This document shows positions 24,010 through 35,730 of a stretch of DNA of 64,000 bases, in pieces. Below the pieces are notes generated by a model that had not been told where the DNA came from, did no database searches, and was given only the letters and a program-made list of their open reading frames with translations. How positions within the stretch are numbered: the stretch's first letter is position 1; the number at the start of each line of letters is the position of its first letter. Position numbers and translations under genes: made by a program. The DNA is from Macrostomum lignano (taxonomy: Eukaryota), in the NCBI GenBank assembly GCA_002269645.1, contig NIVC01001945.1, positions 155,512-219,511 of the forward strand, given 5' to 3'.

Positions 24010-25380
24010 ATGTATTGGCAAACTCTGGCCTCTGCCTCTGACTCTCCCTACGTCCCTTGGATCCTTTGAAACTTCTATCTTCTCTTCTGTTTCCTCTCTT
24101 CTCTCTCGTCCCTTGTCTCTTTTCTCCTCTCTTCTCTTTTTACTCTCTCCTCTCTCCCCTCTTCTCTCGTCTCTTCCCTCATTTCTCTTCTTTTTCATCT
24201 CTCTTATCTCATCTCTTTTCTTTTTCCTCTCCTCGCACTCTTCTCTTATATTTTCCTTCACCTCTCTTCTCTCGTCTTTATTTGCTCTCTGATCTCTCCT
24301 TTCTCTTCTCTCTCTTCTCTTTTATCTCTTTTCATTTCTCTCTGCTTCCCCCTCTCTCTCTGCTTCCCCCCTCTCTCTGCTTCCCCCCTCTCTCTCTGCT
24401 TCCCCCTCTCTCTCTGCTTCCCCCCTCTCTCTGCTTCCCCCCTCTCTCTCTCTGCTTCCCCCTCTCTCTGCTTCCCCCCTCTCTCTCTGCTTCCCCCCTC
24501 TCTCTCTGCTTCCCCCTCTCTCTGCTTCCCCCCTCTCTCTCTCTGCTTCCCCCTCTCTCTGCTTCCCCCTCTCTCTCTGCTTCCCCCTCTCTCTGCTTCC
24601 CCCCTCTCTCTCTCTGCTTCCCCCCTCTCTCTGCTTCCCCCCTCTCTCTCTGCTTCCCCCTCTCTCTCTGCTTCCCCCCTCTCTCTCTGCTTCCCCCCCT
24701 CTCTCTCTGCTTCCCCCTCTATCTTATCTCTCCTCTCCCATCTTTCTTCTCCTCTCTACTCTCTCCCCTCCATTCTCCTTTTTTCTCTCCTCTCGCCTCA
24801 CTTACTTCTCTCTCCCTTTGTCTCTCCTCTCGTCTCTGTAATCTCTACGCTCCCATCTCTCGTCTGTTCATTTTCGTCTCTGCTCTCAGCTCATCCCCCC
24901 TCTTTCATCTGTCATCTTTACTGTCTTATATGTTCTCTCATTCTGTCCTCTCTGTACTCTTTTCTTTCACCTCTTTTGTCTCCTCACCTTCCTTTCTCCT
25001 TTCTCCTCTTCTCTTCCCTCTTCTATATACTCTCTCCCTCTCTTGTCTCGTCTCTTCTCTCTCCACTCTCCTCCTTTATCTCTCATCTCTCATTTCTCAT
25101 CTCTCCTTTTTCCTCTTTACTAACTCCTCTCTGCTCTTCTCTCTGCTCTCCTCTCATCTGCAGCTCTCTGCTCTCTCCTCTCTACTCGCTCCTCTACTCA
25201 CTCCTCTACTCTCTCTCTACTCGCTCCTCTACTCTCTCCTCTCTACTCGCTCCTCTCTATTCTCTCCTCTCATTGTCCTCGCTCCCTCATCTCTCCTATT
25301 ATCTTTTATCTTTTCTCTTATTCTCTCTCTCACCTCTCCTCTCTTTTCGAATCGTCTATTCCTTCTTCTCTCCACTCTCA
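24010..25380. repeat. CT-rich tract with TCTCTCTGCTTCCCCC-type minisatellite (copy B)
   Basis: Pyrimidine tract; variable ~17-23 bp unit at 24335-24720. Confidence 0.85.
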
Positions 25381-25382
25381 AC

Positions 25383-26322
25383 TAGGGATTCCAAAATCCC
25401 GACATTTTACAATCCCGGGATTGAATAGTCCCGAAATCCCGATGCTGTTGAAATCCCGGGATTCAAAATCCCGGAATCCCGGTGCTTTTGCAATCCCGGG
25501 ATTAAAAATCCCGGGATTCGATTCCCAAAAAAATCCCGGGATTCAAATCCCGGATTTTTGGCCCCAATCCCGGGATCCCGGGATCCCGGGATTGGAATCC
25601 CTAAATTGCTAGACGGACTGTGCGGCGTGCCGCGTGCAGTAGTCATGGTCTCGCGACTCTCAGAGTCTCAGGGCCTTTTCATATTACCAATTCCAGAACC
25701 AGAATCGGTTCGGAATTCGAAGAAAAACAGCAGTATAACTATTAAACTCTGTTAATATTTGACTGCCTTAACAGCCTCACTTTGCACGATTTTTCACTTT
25801 CTTCTTGGCGACTGTCATTCAATAATAAAAACTTTATAGCACGTATCTCCCTCTAGTTATGGAGACAAAAAGTTTATACTTCACAAATTGGTTCTTGTTC
25901 TGGAACCAGAGAAAGCAATATGAAAAGGCCCTCAGTCTCGTCTCGTGGTAGAAAACGAAAAAAAGTTAAAATTATCTATCATTTACAGTTCACATTAACA
26001 ATTTTTAGCTCAATTAGGACAGGAGCTTTGCAAATGTTTAACGTTTCATTGAGAAACAGCAAAAACAAATAAATGTTTTATTATTCAAATAAACGTTTAG
26101 ACTTTAAATTATTTAATTTAGGCATTGAAAGGTCGTTCTAATCCCGGACCAATCCCGGGATTAAGGCCTTGAAATCCCGGGATCCCGATCCCGGTCTTTT
26201 GCAATCCCGGGATTAAAAATCCCGGGATTCGATTCCCAAAAAAATCCCGGGATTCAAATCCCGGATTTTTGGCCCCAATCCCGGGATCCCGGGATCCCGG
26301 GATCCCGGGATTGGAATCCCTA
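25383..26322. mobile_element. Non-autonomous hAT-superfamily element (MITE-like), 940 bp
   Basis: TIRs TAGGGATTCCAA / TTGGAATCCCTA; perfect 8-bp TSD CTCTCAAC (25375-25382 and 26323-26330); many ATCCCGGGAT subterminal palindromes. Confidence 0.9.
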
Positions 26323-27552
26323 CTCTCAACTGCCCCTCAGCCATAAGCTGGATTCTTTTCTGGCCTTTGAGGTAAAAGTCTGCCCATTCCTGCTTGGAAA
26401 GCCAGTTTGTGGGACGTAGTACTCTCATGGCTGTTCTCATGCTTTGATCATGTCATCTTTCTTGCCAATTTGCAAGCCCTGAAAGAAATTTGTGTATCTT
26501 CAGCTCCACTGCAGTCTGCATCAGTCTAACAACCAAGGAAATACGCATTTCTTAGGAGGACATTTAAATTTTAAAGTACCTTTAAGAGAAACCTAAAATT
26601 TCCATGATGTGACTAATTTAGTAGAGTTGTATTGCATTGCATCGCCTTTTCATAAATCTTTCGCTTTTACAAACCATGCTGGATTACCCTGATTTGCCAT
26701 CCACTACGTTAAACTGCTGCAGAGTTTGCCTATACAGAGGACAGTGGTTAGAATTTCTCACTAAAATGTTATGGATGGCTAAACGTAGCCTCTCAACGGG
26801 GGGTGCAGAGAAGGCCATAAACAAAGCTATTCCAAAACACTGTACATTTTCTATGTACATTCAGTCCTATCGCCTGACCCTTCGTCTGGCTCTGGGGAAT
26901 GAGTGAGTGAGTGGCACAAACAACAGAAAAAGCAGACAAACTTCACATGCTTACAGTTTCTTTTTCGGTTGAGTTACAGAGTTGAAACTTTACATTTAGA
27001 TAGAGAATGAGTTAATAAAGAATTGTGTCAAGTTTGAAGTCAATCGCTTTACGTGGAGCAAACTTATGGCAGCTGAAAATTAGTCAATTTTGAAACCCTT
27101 TTACACATCTGGGCCCAGATCGGTATCGGAAAGAGAGGCAGGCGGGCGGAGGTTGGGGTGGTTGCTACGCTGAAAAAAACAGCCTAACTTTAAAAGTGCA
27201 CAGCACTGCTCAGGATTAACTTTGAAACTCGAAATTTTACACGATTGTGCCAAAATAGTTGAAAATTGTCTGTGTCAAATTTGAAGAGAATCGGTAGAAG
27301 TGGAGCGGCGCTATGGAGGATTTAGTGAAAAAATCGCGCATTTTGAGCAGTTTTTTGCACTTTTAGGTAGGAAGACTCAAATTTAGGAAATTTTAAGGTA
27401 GCCTAAGACATTCTCCGTAGTAAGTTTAGGGTGGGTGTAAAGTTTGGTGTAATTTGGTTGAGCGGTTTGGGAGTCCATAGCGATCAAAATTGTCCACACA
27501 CAGACAGACACACACACAGACACACACACAGAGTTTTGATTTTTAGGTCGTA

Positions 27553-27990
27553 CAAGCTGTTGAAACCCGCGGATTTTGAACCCGGGGAATTCCAATACCC
27601 GGAACTACTTTTGCATGTATTCTGAAATCTAAGGCCATCTCTCTCGTCCCTCGTCTCTCCTCTCTCCTCTCTCCCCTCTTCTCTCGTATCTTCCCTCATC
27701 TCTCTTCTCTTCATTCTCTCTTATCTCATCTCTTGTCTCTTCTTTTCTCTCTCCTCTCCTCTCTCCTCTTCTCTCTCCTCTCTCCTCTCACCCCGTCTTC
27801 TCTCTGATCTTCATTCTCCTTTCTATTCTTTTCTCTCTTCTCTTAACTCTCTCCTCTACTCTCTACTCTCTCCTCTCTTCTCTCGTCTCTTCCCTCACCT
27901 CTTTTCTCTCTCGTTTTTGCTTTCTCATCTTTCCTTTCTCTTCTTTTATCTTTTCTCTCTTATCTCTTCTCATTTCTCTCTGCTCCCCCT

Positions 27991-28068
<78 letters not shown>

Positions 28069-28097
28069 ATCTCTTCTCATTTCTCTCTGCTCCCCCT

Positions 28098-28186
<89 letters not shown>

Positions 28187-30087
28187 TATCTCCCCTCCTC
28201 TCTCTACTCTCTCCCCTCTCCATTCTCCTCTTTCCTCTCCTCTCTTCTCACTCACTTCTCTACCTTTGTCTCTCCTCTCTCCTCTCGTCTCTGTAACCTC
28301 TCCTCTGTTCTCTCTACTCTCCCATCTTTTATCTGTTCACTCTCGTCTCTGCTCTCTCATCCCCCTCTTTAATCTGGCATCTCTGTCTTATATATTCTCT
28401 CACCTCTCTCCTCTGTACTCTTTTCTTTCCCCTCTTTTGACTCCTCACTTTCCTTTCTCCTTTCTTCTTTTTTCTTCTCTTCCCTTTTCTATACTCTGTC
28501 TCCCTCTCTTCTCTCACTCCACTCTCCTCTCTCCGTTATCTCTCATCTCTCATTTCTCATCTCTCCTTCCACTTCTCTCATCTCTAAAACCTTAGAGATG
28601 TAGAGATGTATCTTTATCTCTTCTCTCTTCCCTTTACTCTCTCATCTCTTCTTTCACCTGTTTCCTCTCTGCTGTCTCCTCTCTCCTCTCATCTGCAGCT
28701 CTCTGCTCTCTCATCTCTCATCTCTCCTCTCGCTTTTCCTCTCTCCCCTCTTCTCCCCTCTCTCTCATCGTCCTCACCCCCTTATCTCTCCTATTATCTT
28801 TTATCTTTTCTTTTATCCGCTCTGTCGCCTCTCCTCTCTTCGAATCGTCTATTCGTTCTTCTTTCCACTTTCATCTGCCCCTCAGCTATGAGCTGGATTC
28901 TTTATCTGGCCTTTGAGGTAAAAGTATGCCCATCCCTGCTTGGAAAGCCAGTTTGTGGGATGTAGTACTCTCATGGTTGTTCTCATGCTTTGATCACGTC
29001 ATCTTTCTTGCCAATTTGCAGCCCTGAAAGGAATTTGTGTATCTTCAGCTCCACTGCAGTCTTCATCGGTCTAACAACCAAGGAAATACGCATTTCTTAG
29101 GAGGCCATTTAAATTTTAAAGTACCTTTAAGAGAAAACCTAAATTTCCATGGTGTGTCTAATTTAGTAGGGTTGTATTGCATTGCATCGCTTTTTCATAA
29201 ATCTTTCGCTTTTACAAACCATGCTGAATTACCTTGATTTGCCATTGCCATCCACTGTTAAACTGCTGCAGAGTTTGCCTATACAGAGGGCAGTGGTTAG
29301 AATTTCTCACTAAACTGTTATGGCTAAACGTAGCCTCTCCACTCTCGGGGTGCAGAGAAGGCTATAAATAAAGTTATTCTAAAACACTGTACATTTGCTA
29401 TGTACATTCAGTCCTATCGCCGGACCCTTCGTCTTCATGGGGAATGAGTGAGTGAGTGGCACAAACAACAGAAAAAGCAGACAAACTTTACATGCTTACA
29501 GTTTCTGTTCTGATTGAGTAAGAGAGTTGAAACTTTACATTTAGACAGAGAATGAATCAAAGAAGAATTGTGTTAAGTTAGAAGTCAATCGCTTCACGTG
29601 GAGCAAACTTATGGCAGCCGAAAGTTAGTCATTTTAAAACCCATTTACACCCTTTGCCCAGATCGGGAAAGAGGCAGGCGGGCGGAGGTTGGGGTGGCTG
29701 TCTCGCTGAAAAAAACAGCCAAAATTTAAAAGTGCACAGCGCCGTTCAGGATTAACTTTGAGACTCGAAATTTTACACGATTGTGTCAAAATAGTTGAAA
29801 ATTGATTGTGTCAAATTTGAAGAGGATCGGTAGAAGTGGAGCGGCGCTAAGGAGGCTTTAGTAAAAAAATCGCGCATTTTGAGCAGTTTTTTGCACTTTT
29901 AGGTAGGAAGACTCAAATTTAGGAAATTTAAAGGTAGCCTAAGACATTCTCCGTAGTGAGTTTAGGGTGGGTGTAAAATTTGGTGTCATTTGGTTGAGCG
30001 GTTTGGGAGTCCATAGCGATCAAAATTGTCCACACACAGACAGACAGACAGACAGACAGACAGAGTTTTGATTTTTATAGTTAGAGA
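27553..30087 (-). mobile_element. Family-1 Helitron copy C
   Basis: 3' block at 27553 with a short internal deletion after AAGGCCATCT, CT tract, conserved segment, (GACA)n and 5' TCTCTAACTATAAAAATC end at 30087. Confidence 0.8.
27636..28880. repeat. CT-rich tract (copy C)
   Basis: Two (CT)n cores; homologous to the tracts of copies A and B. Confidence 0.85.
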
Positions 30088-30137
30088 TGATATATTATTA
30101 ATTTTGGGCAATATTATATATATAATAATATATATAA

Positions 30138-31592
30138 TGTGGCATATGAGGCGGAAGGCCTTTTAGTTTCAATAGATGGAATGGCAGCAAAGATGTTGCA
30201 CTGCATTGCGCGTATATTTATACAAGTGAGAACAGCGCGAGATTATTGAGGGGCCAAGGGAGGTGCGCACATGTGGCGTGGCATGATTGGCTACGCCAAC
30301 CCCCCTGGCTTAGCGAGCCGGCTTGCGCGGTGCGCCACTACCCCACCTCAGCTAGACAGAGGTTGGCGGGGGGGGGTTTCCAGTGCGGCTGCACTGGTGC
30401 TGCCGGTCGCATAGTCTGGCCGCCACACAGCTCCCCCCAGCACTGAGCTAGGCCACGAACGTCGGGTAGTAGCCAAGGCAGAGAGAGTGCCGAGGAGCGG
30501 GCGCCGAAGGCGGCAGGGATGCGAGGTGGGCGCCGATGGCAGCAGGTCACCGAGTGGGCGCCGGGCGGGCGCCAAAGGCAGCAGGGCGCCAGGCGGGCGC
30601 CAAAGGCAGCAGGGCGCCAGGCGGGCGCCAAAGGCAGCAGCAGGGTGCCAAAGGCAGCAGGGCGCCGATGGCAGCAGCAGGGCACCAGGCGGGCGCCGAT
30701 GGCAGCAGGGCGCCGAGCGGGCGCCAGGTGGGCGCCGAAGGCAGCAGGGCGCCAGGCGGGCGCCGAAAGCAGTAGGGCGCCAGACGGGCGCCAATGGCAG
30801 CAGGGCGCCAGGTGGGCGCCAAAGGCAGCAGAATGCCAGGCGGGCGCCAAAGGCAGTGGGGCGCCAGGAGGGCGCCGAAGGCAGCAGCAGGACGCCAGGC
30901 GGGCACGCGGCCAGACCACACCAGAGGCAATCGACAGTCAGTTGCCGCCATGAGCCGGATCGATGCTCCTGCACAGAGGCTGGGGACATTAGGCTAGCAG
31001 CAGCGGTGCTAACCTAAAAGTAGCTGCAGCGTGTGGCGCTGGTTGGTCCAATGCGGGGGCTGAAAGGCGAGACCCCAGGAGCTACCGGGGGCGGGCTGAC
31101 TGGGCCAATTCGTGCTGCTGGGCTGTGGTGCTGCTGTGCTACGGTGCTGCGGTGCTGCTGTGCTGCCGTGCTGCGGTGCTGCCATGCTGCGGTGCTGCTG
31201 TGCTGCTGTGCTGCTGTTGTAGTTGGCCAAGGCGGTTGGCTGCCAGGACTGCACAGGGCCGACCAGGTAGGCCCAGCGTTCCGCGCTGGGAGTCCGGGCT
31301 CACCAATGAGGCGGAAGGCCTTTTGGTTTCAATAGATGGAATGGCAGCAAAGATGTTGCACTGCATTGCGCGTATATTTATACAAGTGAGAACAGCGCGA
31401 GATTATTGAGGGGCCAAGGGAGGTGCGCACATGTGGCGTGGCGTGATTGGCTACGCCAACCCCCCTGGCTTAGCAAGCCGGCTAGCGTGGTGCGCCACCA
31501 CCCCACCTTAGCTAGACAGAGGTTGGCGGGGGGGGGGGGTTTCCAGTGCAGCTGCACTGGTGCTGCCGGTCGCGTAGTCTGGCCGCCACACA
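30138..31592 (-). mobile_element. Small LTR/TRIM-like element with ~285-bp direct repeats and a GC-rich minisatellite core
   Basis: Direct repeats 30146-30429 and 31306-31592; TGTGGC..GCCACA termini. A purine run GGGGGGAG on the minus strand abuts the left repeat. No TSD or PBS was seen. Confidence 0.5.
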
Positions 31593-32196
31593 TATATATT
31601 ATGTATTATAAATAGTTATATTTTTAGTATATTTGATTGGATAGATGCATTGACATCTTTGATAAATTTAATATATTTTCAAATAATCTTTGCTATAACT
31701 TGTAGACTACTCTATTGAATTATAAAAAAATCTTTAGCATATAAATTTCTTATTGTGCTACATTGTTATATTGTGTTTATAAATATGTAAATTTTTAATA
31801 GAAAGTATTGATAAAGCATTGATTAATAAATATAATATATTTTTAACCAATAACCATTTGTTATTAGCAAAAATTAGATAGAGTTAAAAAATAAAAGCAA
31901 GAATAATATCTATAACAATCCAAAATGGTATGTTTACCTAAATTTAGAAATTTCAATGGCTAGAGAGCTGCTATATAAAGATGCTTAGTAGGCCAAAGTT
32001 CCAACCCTTGCAATATGGCTATATAAATGATTGTTTTTTCAACTCAAAAGGCACAATTAAAAAAAAGTGCATTAGCTATTGCAGTGGCTGTCACATTTTG
32101 TTGTGTTTTCCTATAAAGTAGCTTTTGATGGTTGTTACATTAGCTGTTTCTGTCTATTTAGGCAATTAATATTAATAATATAAATGATAATTAATT

Positions 32197-32393
32197 ATGC
32201 CTGCCCAGGACAGGTGTGTGCAACCGACAGCTCAGCTGCAGATATTGCATGGCACATCTGAAGGCTGCATACAGCTGTTCAGTCCAAGGACTGGGGGGTC
32301 GCCACACACACCCTCAATTACCCCAGCTAATGCTGGCACCCATTTTACAGCTGGGGTGAACTGAAACAATGCAGAGTTAAGCATCTTGCGCAA
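32197..32393 (-). mobile_element. CORE-SINE-like fragment, 5'-truncated
   Basis: Minus strand TTGCGCAAGATGCTTAACTCTGCATTGTTTCAGTTCACCCCAGCTGTAAAATGGG aligns by eye with the MIR core TTGGGCAAGTTACTTAACCTCTCTGTGCCTCAGTTTCCTCATCTGTAAAATGGG. Confidence 0.55.
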
Positions 32394-32984
32394 TCTGAAG
32401 TCGTGAGTCCAATGCTCACGACCCCATTGTTTGCTTTAGGCAAGCAGAGCAAGTAAAGTTGTACATTGCAACAATGTTAATGCCCGAGTAACATTTCGCC
32501 ATTGTAACATTGTAGTGACCTTTTCACTGCAGTATTGTAGCCGCAGTACACTGGAATACTCAGTTAGTCAGGTGATGCCTGTCTGCCGCCCTTGAACACT
32601 CGTCCACCCTTCTGCCCCTCTCGCTTTGGGGTTGACTGCAGGCCATTCCCAGGGCTGTGTGGGCGAAGGCCAATTCTATCTGTGCGTATGGCTATGCCAC
32701 CGTATGGCCATGGAGTATGGAGCAACCTGGATTGGGAAACTATTGAGATGTAGGCAGGTCGAAGCGCCATATGGATGATTCGATTTTTTAATCCTGAGAA
32801 GCCGAACCTGCTTTTTGAGGTCGGATGAGACAAGAAATTATCCCATCTCTTAGCGATTTCCGCCTTTCGATTCAAAATCGATTTTATGGTGGGTGGAAAA
32901 AGCCAAGAATTCTACATGTACGCGACTAAATTCCTAGATGTACATTGTTTTTGAGAATCGGTGTTGTTAGTGCTCATTTTGGCG

Positions 32985-33480
32985 CTGCGGGCACTGATTT
33001 TTGCGCCGCAGGCACTGATTTTGGCGCCGCAGGCACTGATTTTGGCGCCGCAGGCACTGATTTTGGCGCCGCATGCAGATTTTTGCGCCGCAGGCACTGA
33101 TTTTTGCGCCGCAGGCACTGCTTTTGGCGCCGCAGGCACTGATTTTGGCGCCGCAGGCACTGATTTTGGCGCCGCAGGCACTGATTTTGGCGCCGCATGC
33201 AGATTTTGGCGCCGCAGGCACTGATTTTGGCGCCGCAGGCACTGATTTTGGCGCCGCAGGCACTCATTTTGGCCCGCAGGGATTTTGGCGCCGCAGGCAC
33301 TCATTTTGGCCCGCAGGGATTTTGGCGCCGCAGGCACTCATTTTGGCGCCGCAGGCACTCAATTTGGCGCCGCAGGCACTCATTTTGGCGCCGCAGGCAC
33401 TCATTTTGGCGCCGCAGGGACTCATTTTGGCGCGACAGGCACTCATTTTGGCGCCGCAGGGATTTTGGCGCTGCAGGCAT
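32985..33480. repeat. 21-bp minisatellite (GGCGCCGCAGGCACTGATTTT)
   Basis: Direct reading. Confidence 0.9.
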
Positions 33481-34369
33481 TCATTTCGCCACCCTGAAGC
33501 CAAATTATTGTTTTCCACAATGAGTCACAAGGTGGGGTGAGGTGGGCGGGGGGCAAAGCATTGGCATGTCCCTCCCATAGCTTTTACTATGTAGGGACGC
33601 CCCTGTAATTCTCATTTCTATTAATATATAGGCCTCAACTTCGAACTCACATCTATAAAAGTCAGTTTATTAAGCGTCTTAAGAGTAGTTGCCATTCCAG
33701 ACTATATACATAAATAAAAATCCTTGGCTTTAGGGCGGAAAGGCAAGGGTGGACAAAATAGAAATGTAAAGCGAGGGTTCGGGTGAAGGTTAGAGTTTGG
33801 GTGTGTCTGCTTGCTTGCTTCCGCACTCTACGCTTGCGTACACAGTCAGCTGGGTGAAACAGCAGAGAACAGAGTTGCTGATTGGCTGGGGCAGACTGAG
33901 AGAGGTGGGGGAGAGAGAGAGAGATTCTCTGGTTGCCTTGGCAAACTGTGCACATTGGCTGTGCAATACTATAGACAGTCTGTCCATATACCAGCGTTCT
34001 GTTAGTTATATTTACCGTCAAGTCTTGTGGCGTCCAAGTGGCATGACTGCACAGCAGTTTCAGTATATCTTCTAGTCCTGCCTTTAACTACTATTTCAGC
34101 CCCCCGTCCAGGGCCTTTGTTTTGCTTCGCTTGGAGAGTTGCTGCACTATCGTCATATATTAAAATAATTCTGATAAAAGGAAAGGTTGCATTCGCTCGA
34201 CTCGATAGTTACATTGAATCGTACTGTTTGATTAGTTTATTGGTGATGGTGAGTTTGCTGTGTTTGGTTAAAGCTTACGGATTGTATTCTGGGGTTGTCT
34301 ATCTTAGGTCTTCAAGCCTTAAGATACCGCAAATGCCGAATCTAGGTAAGGGGTAGGATTATATCTATA

Positions 34370-35425
34370 TCTTCAGGGTGGAGATCCAGGGTTCATATAT
34401 CTTTGCGCCGCAAAGATCTTCAGGATTGAGATTTTCAGGGTTGAGATCTTCAGGGTTGAGATCTTTGGGTTTGAGATCTTCAGGGTTGAGATCTTCAGGG
34501 TTGAGATCTCTGGGCTTGAGATCTTCAGGGTTGAGATCTTCAGGGTTGAGATCTTTGGGTTTGAGATCTTCAGGGTTGAGATCTTCAGGGTTGAGATCTT
34601 TGGGTTTGAGATCTTCAGGGTTGAGATCTTTGGGTTGAGATCTTCAGGGTTGAGATCTTCAGGGTTGAGATCTTCAGGGTTGAGATCTTTGGGTTTGAGA
34701 TCTTCAGGGTTGAGATCTTCAGGGTTGAGATCTTTGGGTTGAGATCTTCAGGGTTGAGATCTTTGAGTTGAGATCTTCAGGGTTGAGATCTTCAGGGTTG
34801 AGATCTTTGGGTTTGAGATCTTCAGGGTTGAGATCTTTGGGTTTGAGATCTTCAGTTCAGGGTTGAGATCTTCAGTTCAGGGTTGAGATCTTCAGTTCAG
34901 GGTTGAGGTCTTCGGGTTTGAGTTATCTTCATGGTGGAGATCCAGGGTTCATATATCTTCAGGGTTGAGATCTTCAGGATTGAGATCCTCGGGTTTGAGA
35001 TATATTCCGGGTTGAGATCCTCGGGTTTGAGATATATTCCGGGTTGAGATCCTCGGGTTTGAGATATATTCCGGGTTGAGATTTTCGGGTTTGAGATCTT
35101 TGGGTTTGAGATCTTCGGGTTTGAGATATATTCGGGGTGGAGATCCAGGGTCGAGGATATCCTCAGGGTGGAGATCCAGGGTCGAGGATATCTTCAGGGT
35201 GGAGATCCATGGTCAAGGATATCTTCAGGGTGGAGATCCAGGGTCGAGGATATCTTCAGGGTGGAGATCTAGGGTTTGAGATATATTCGGGGTGGAGATC
35301 CAGGGTCGAGGATATCCTCAGGGTGGAGATCCAGGGTCGAGGATATCTTCAAGGTGGAGATCCATGGTCAAGGATATCTTCAGGGTGGAGATCCAGGGTC
35401 GAGGATATCTTCAAGGTGGAGATTC
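34370..35425. repeat. Compound satellite: 15-bp GGGTTGAGATCTTCA grading into 31-bp GGGTGGAGATCCAGGGTCGAGGATATCTTCA
   Basis: Direct reading. Confidence 0.9.
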
Positions 35426-35730
35426 AGAATGGGGATATTTTCAGAATCAGTTGGAAGATCCAAGGTTGGGAAGTTGGGAGTGTCTTGTAATATGCGTTTT
35501 ATCTAATATCGCTGAGTAATATCAAATGCTTAACTTCAAGTTAAATGTCGAGCTCCTATTTTTGTTCTTTTACTTTCATACCAGGTTCAGCTTCTGTAAA
35601 AATAGCTCTCAACAGCTCGGCGCGACCTACCCCGGAGCTGTGTTATAAATTTTCCTATGCTTCATCTGGCCAGCATCCGACACCGCCTAAGCAGCAGAGC
35701 CACCTGTCACACCAAGCCAGCACGCCCAGC

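Larger units (their letters stand above)
23771..27552 (-). mobile_element. Family-1 Helitron copy B (contains hAT MITE)
   Basis: Full 3' block, CT-rich tract, ~1 kb conserved segment and 5' block; the terminal bases are altered at the junction with copy C. Confidence 0.8.
4742..30087 (-). mobile_element. Tandem array of three non-autonomous Helitron copies (family 1) with nested insertions
   Basis: The same 3'-end block (CAAGCTGTTGAAACCCGCGG..CCGGGGAATTCCAAT(C/A)CCCGG on +) occurs at 4742, 23771 and 27553. The same 5'-end block (..CAGAGTTTTGATTTTTA..) ends at 23770, 27552 and 30087. Outer flanks are A(4741) and T(30088), i.e. an A|T target with no TSD. Confidence 0.85.

Noticed and set aside
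30246-31409. Many overlapping GC-rich ORFs
   Set aside because: Derived from GGGCGCC and GCTGT repeats; no recognisable domain or preferred frame.
32564-32875. 103-aa minus ORF
   Set aside because: No recognisable motif or splice support.
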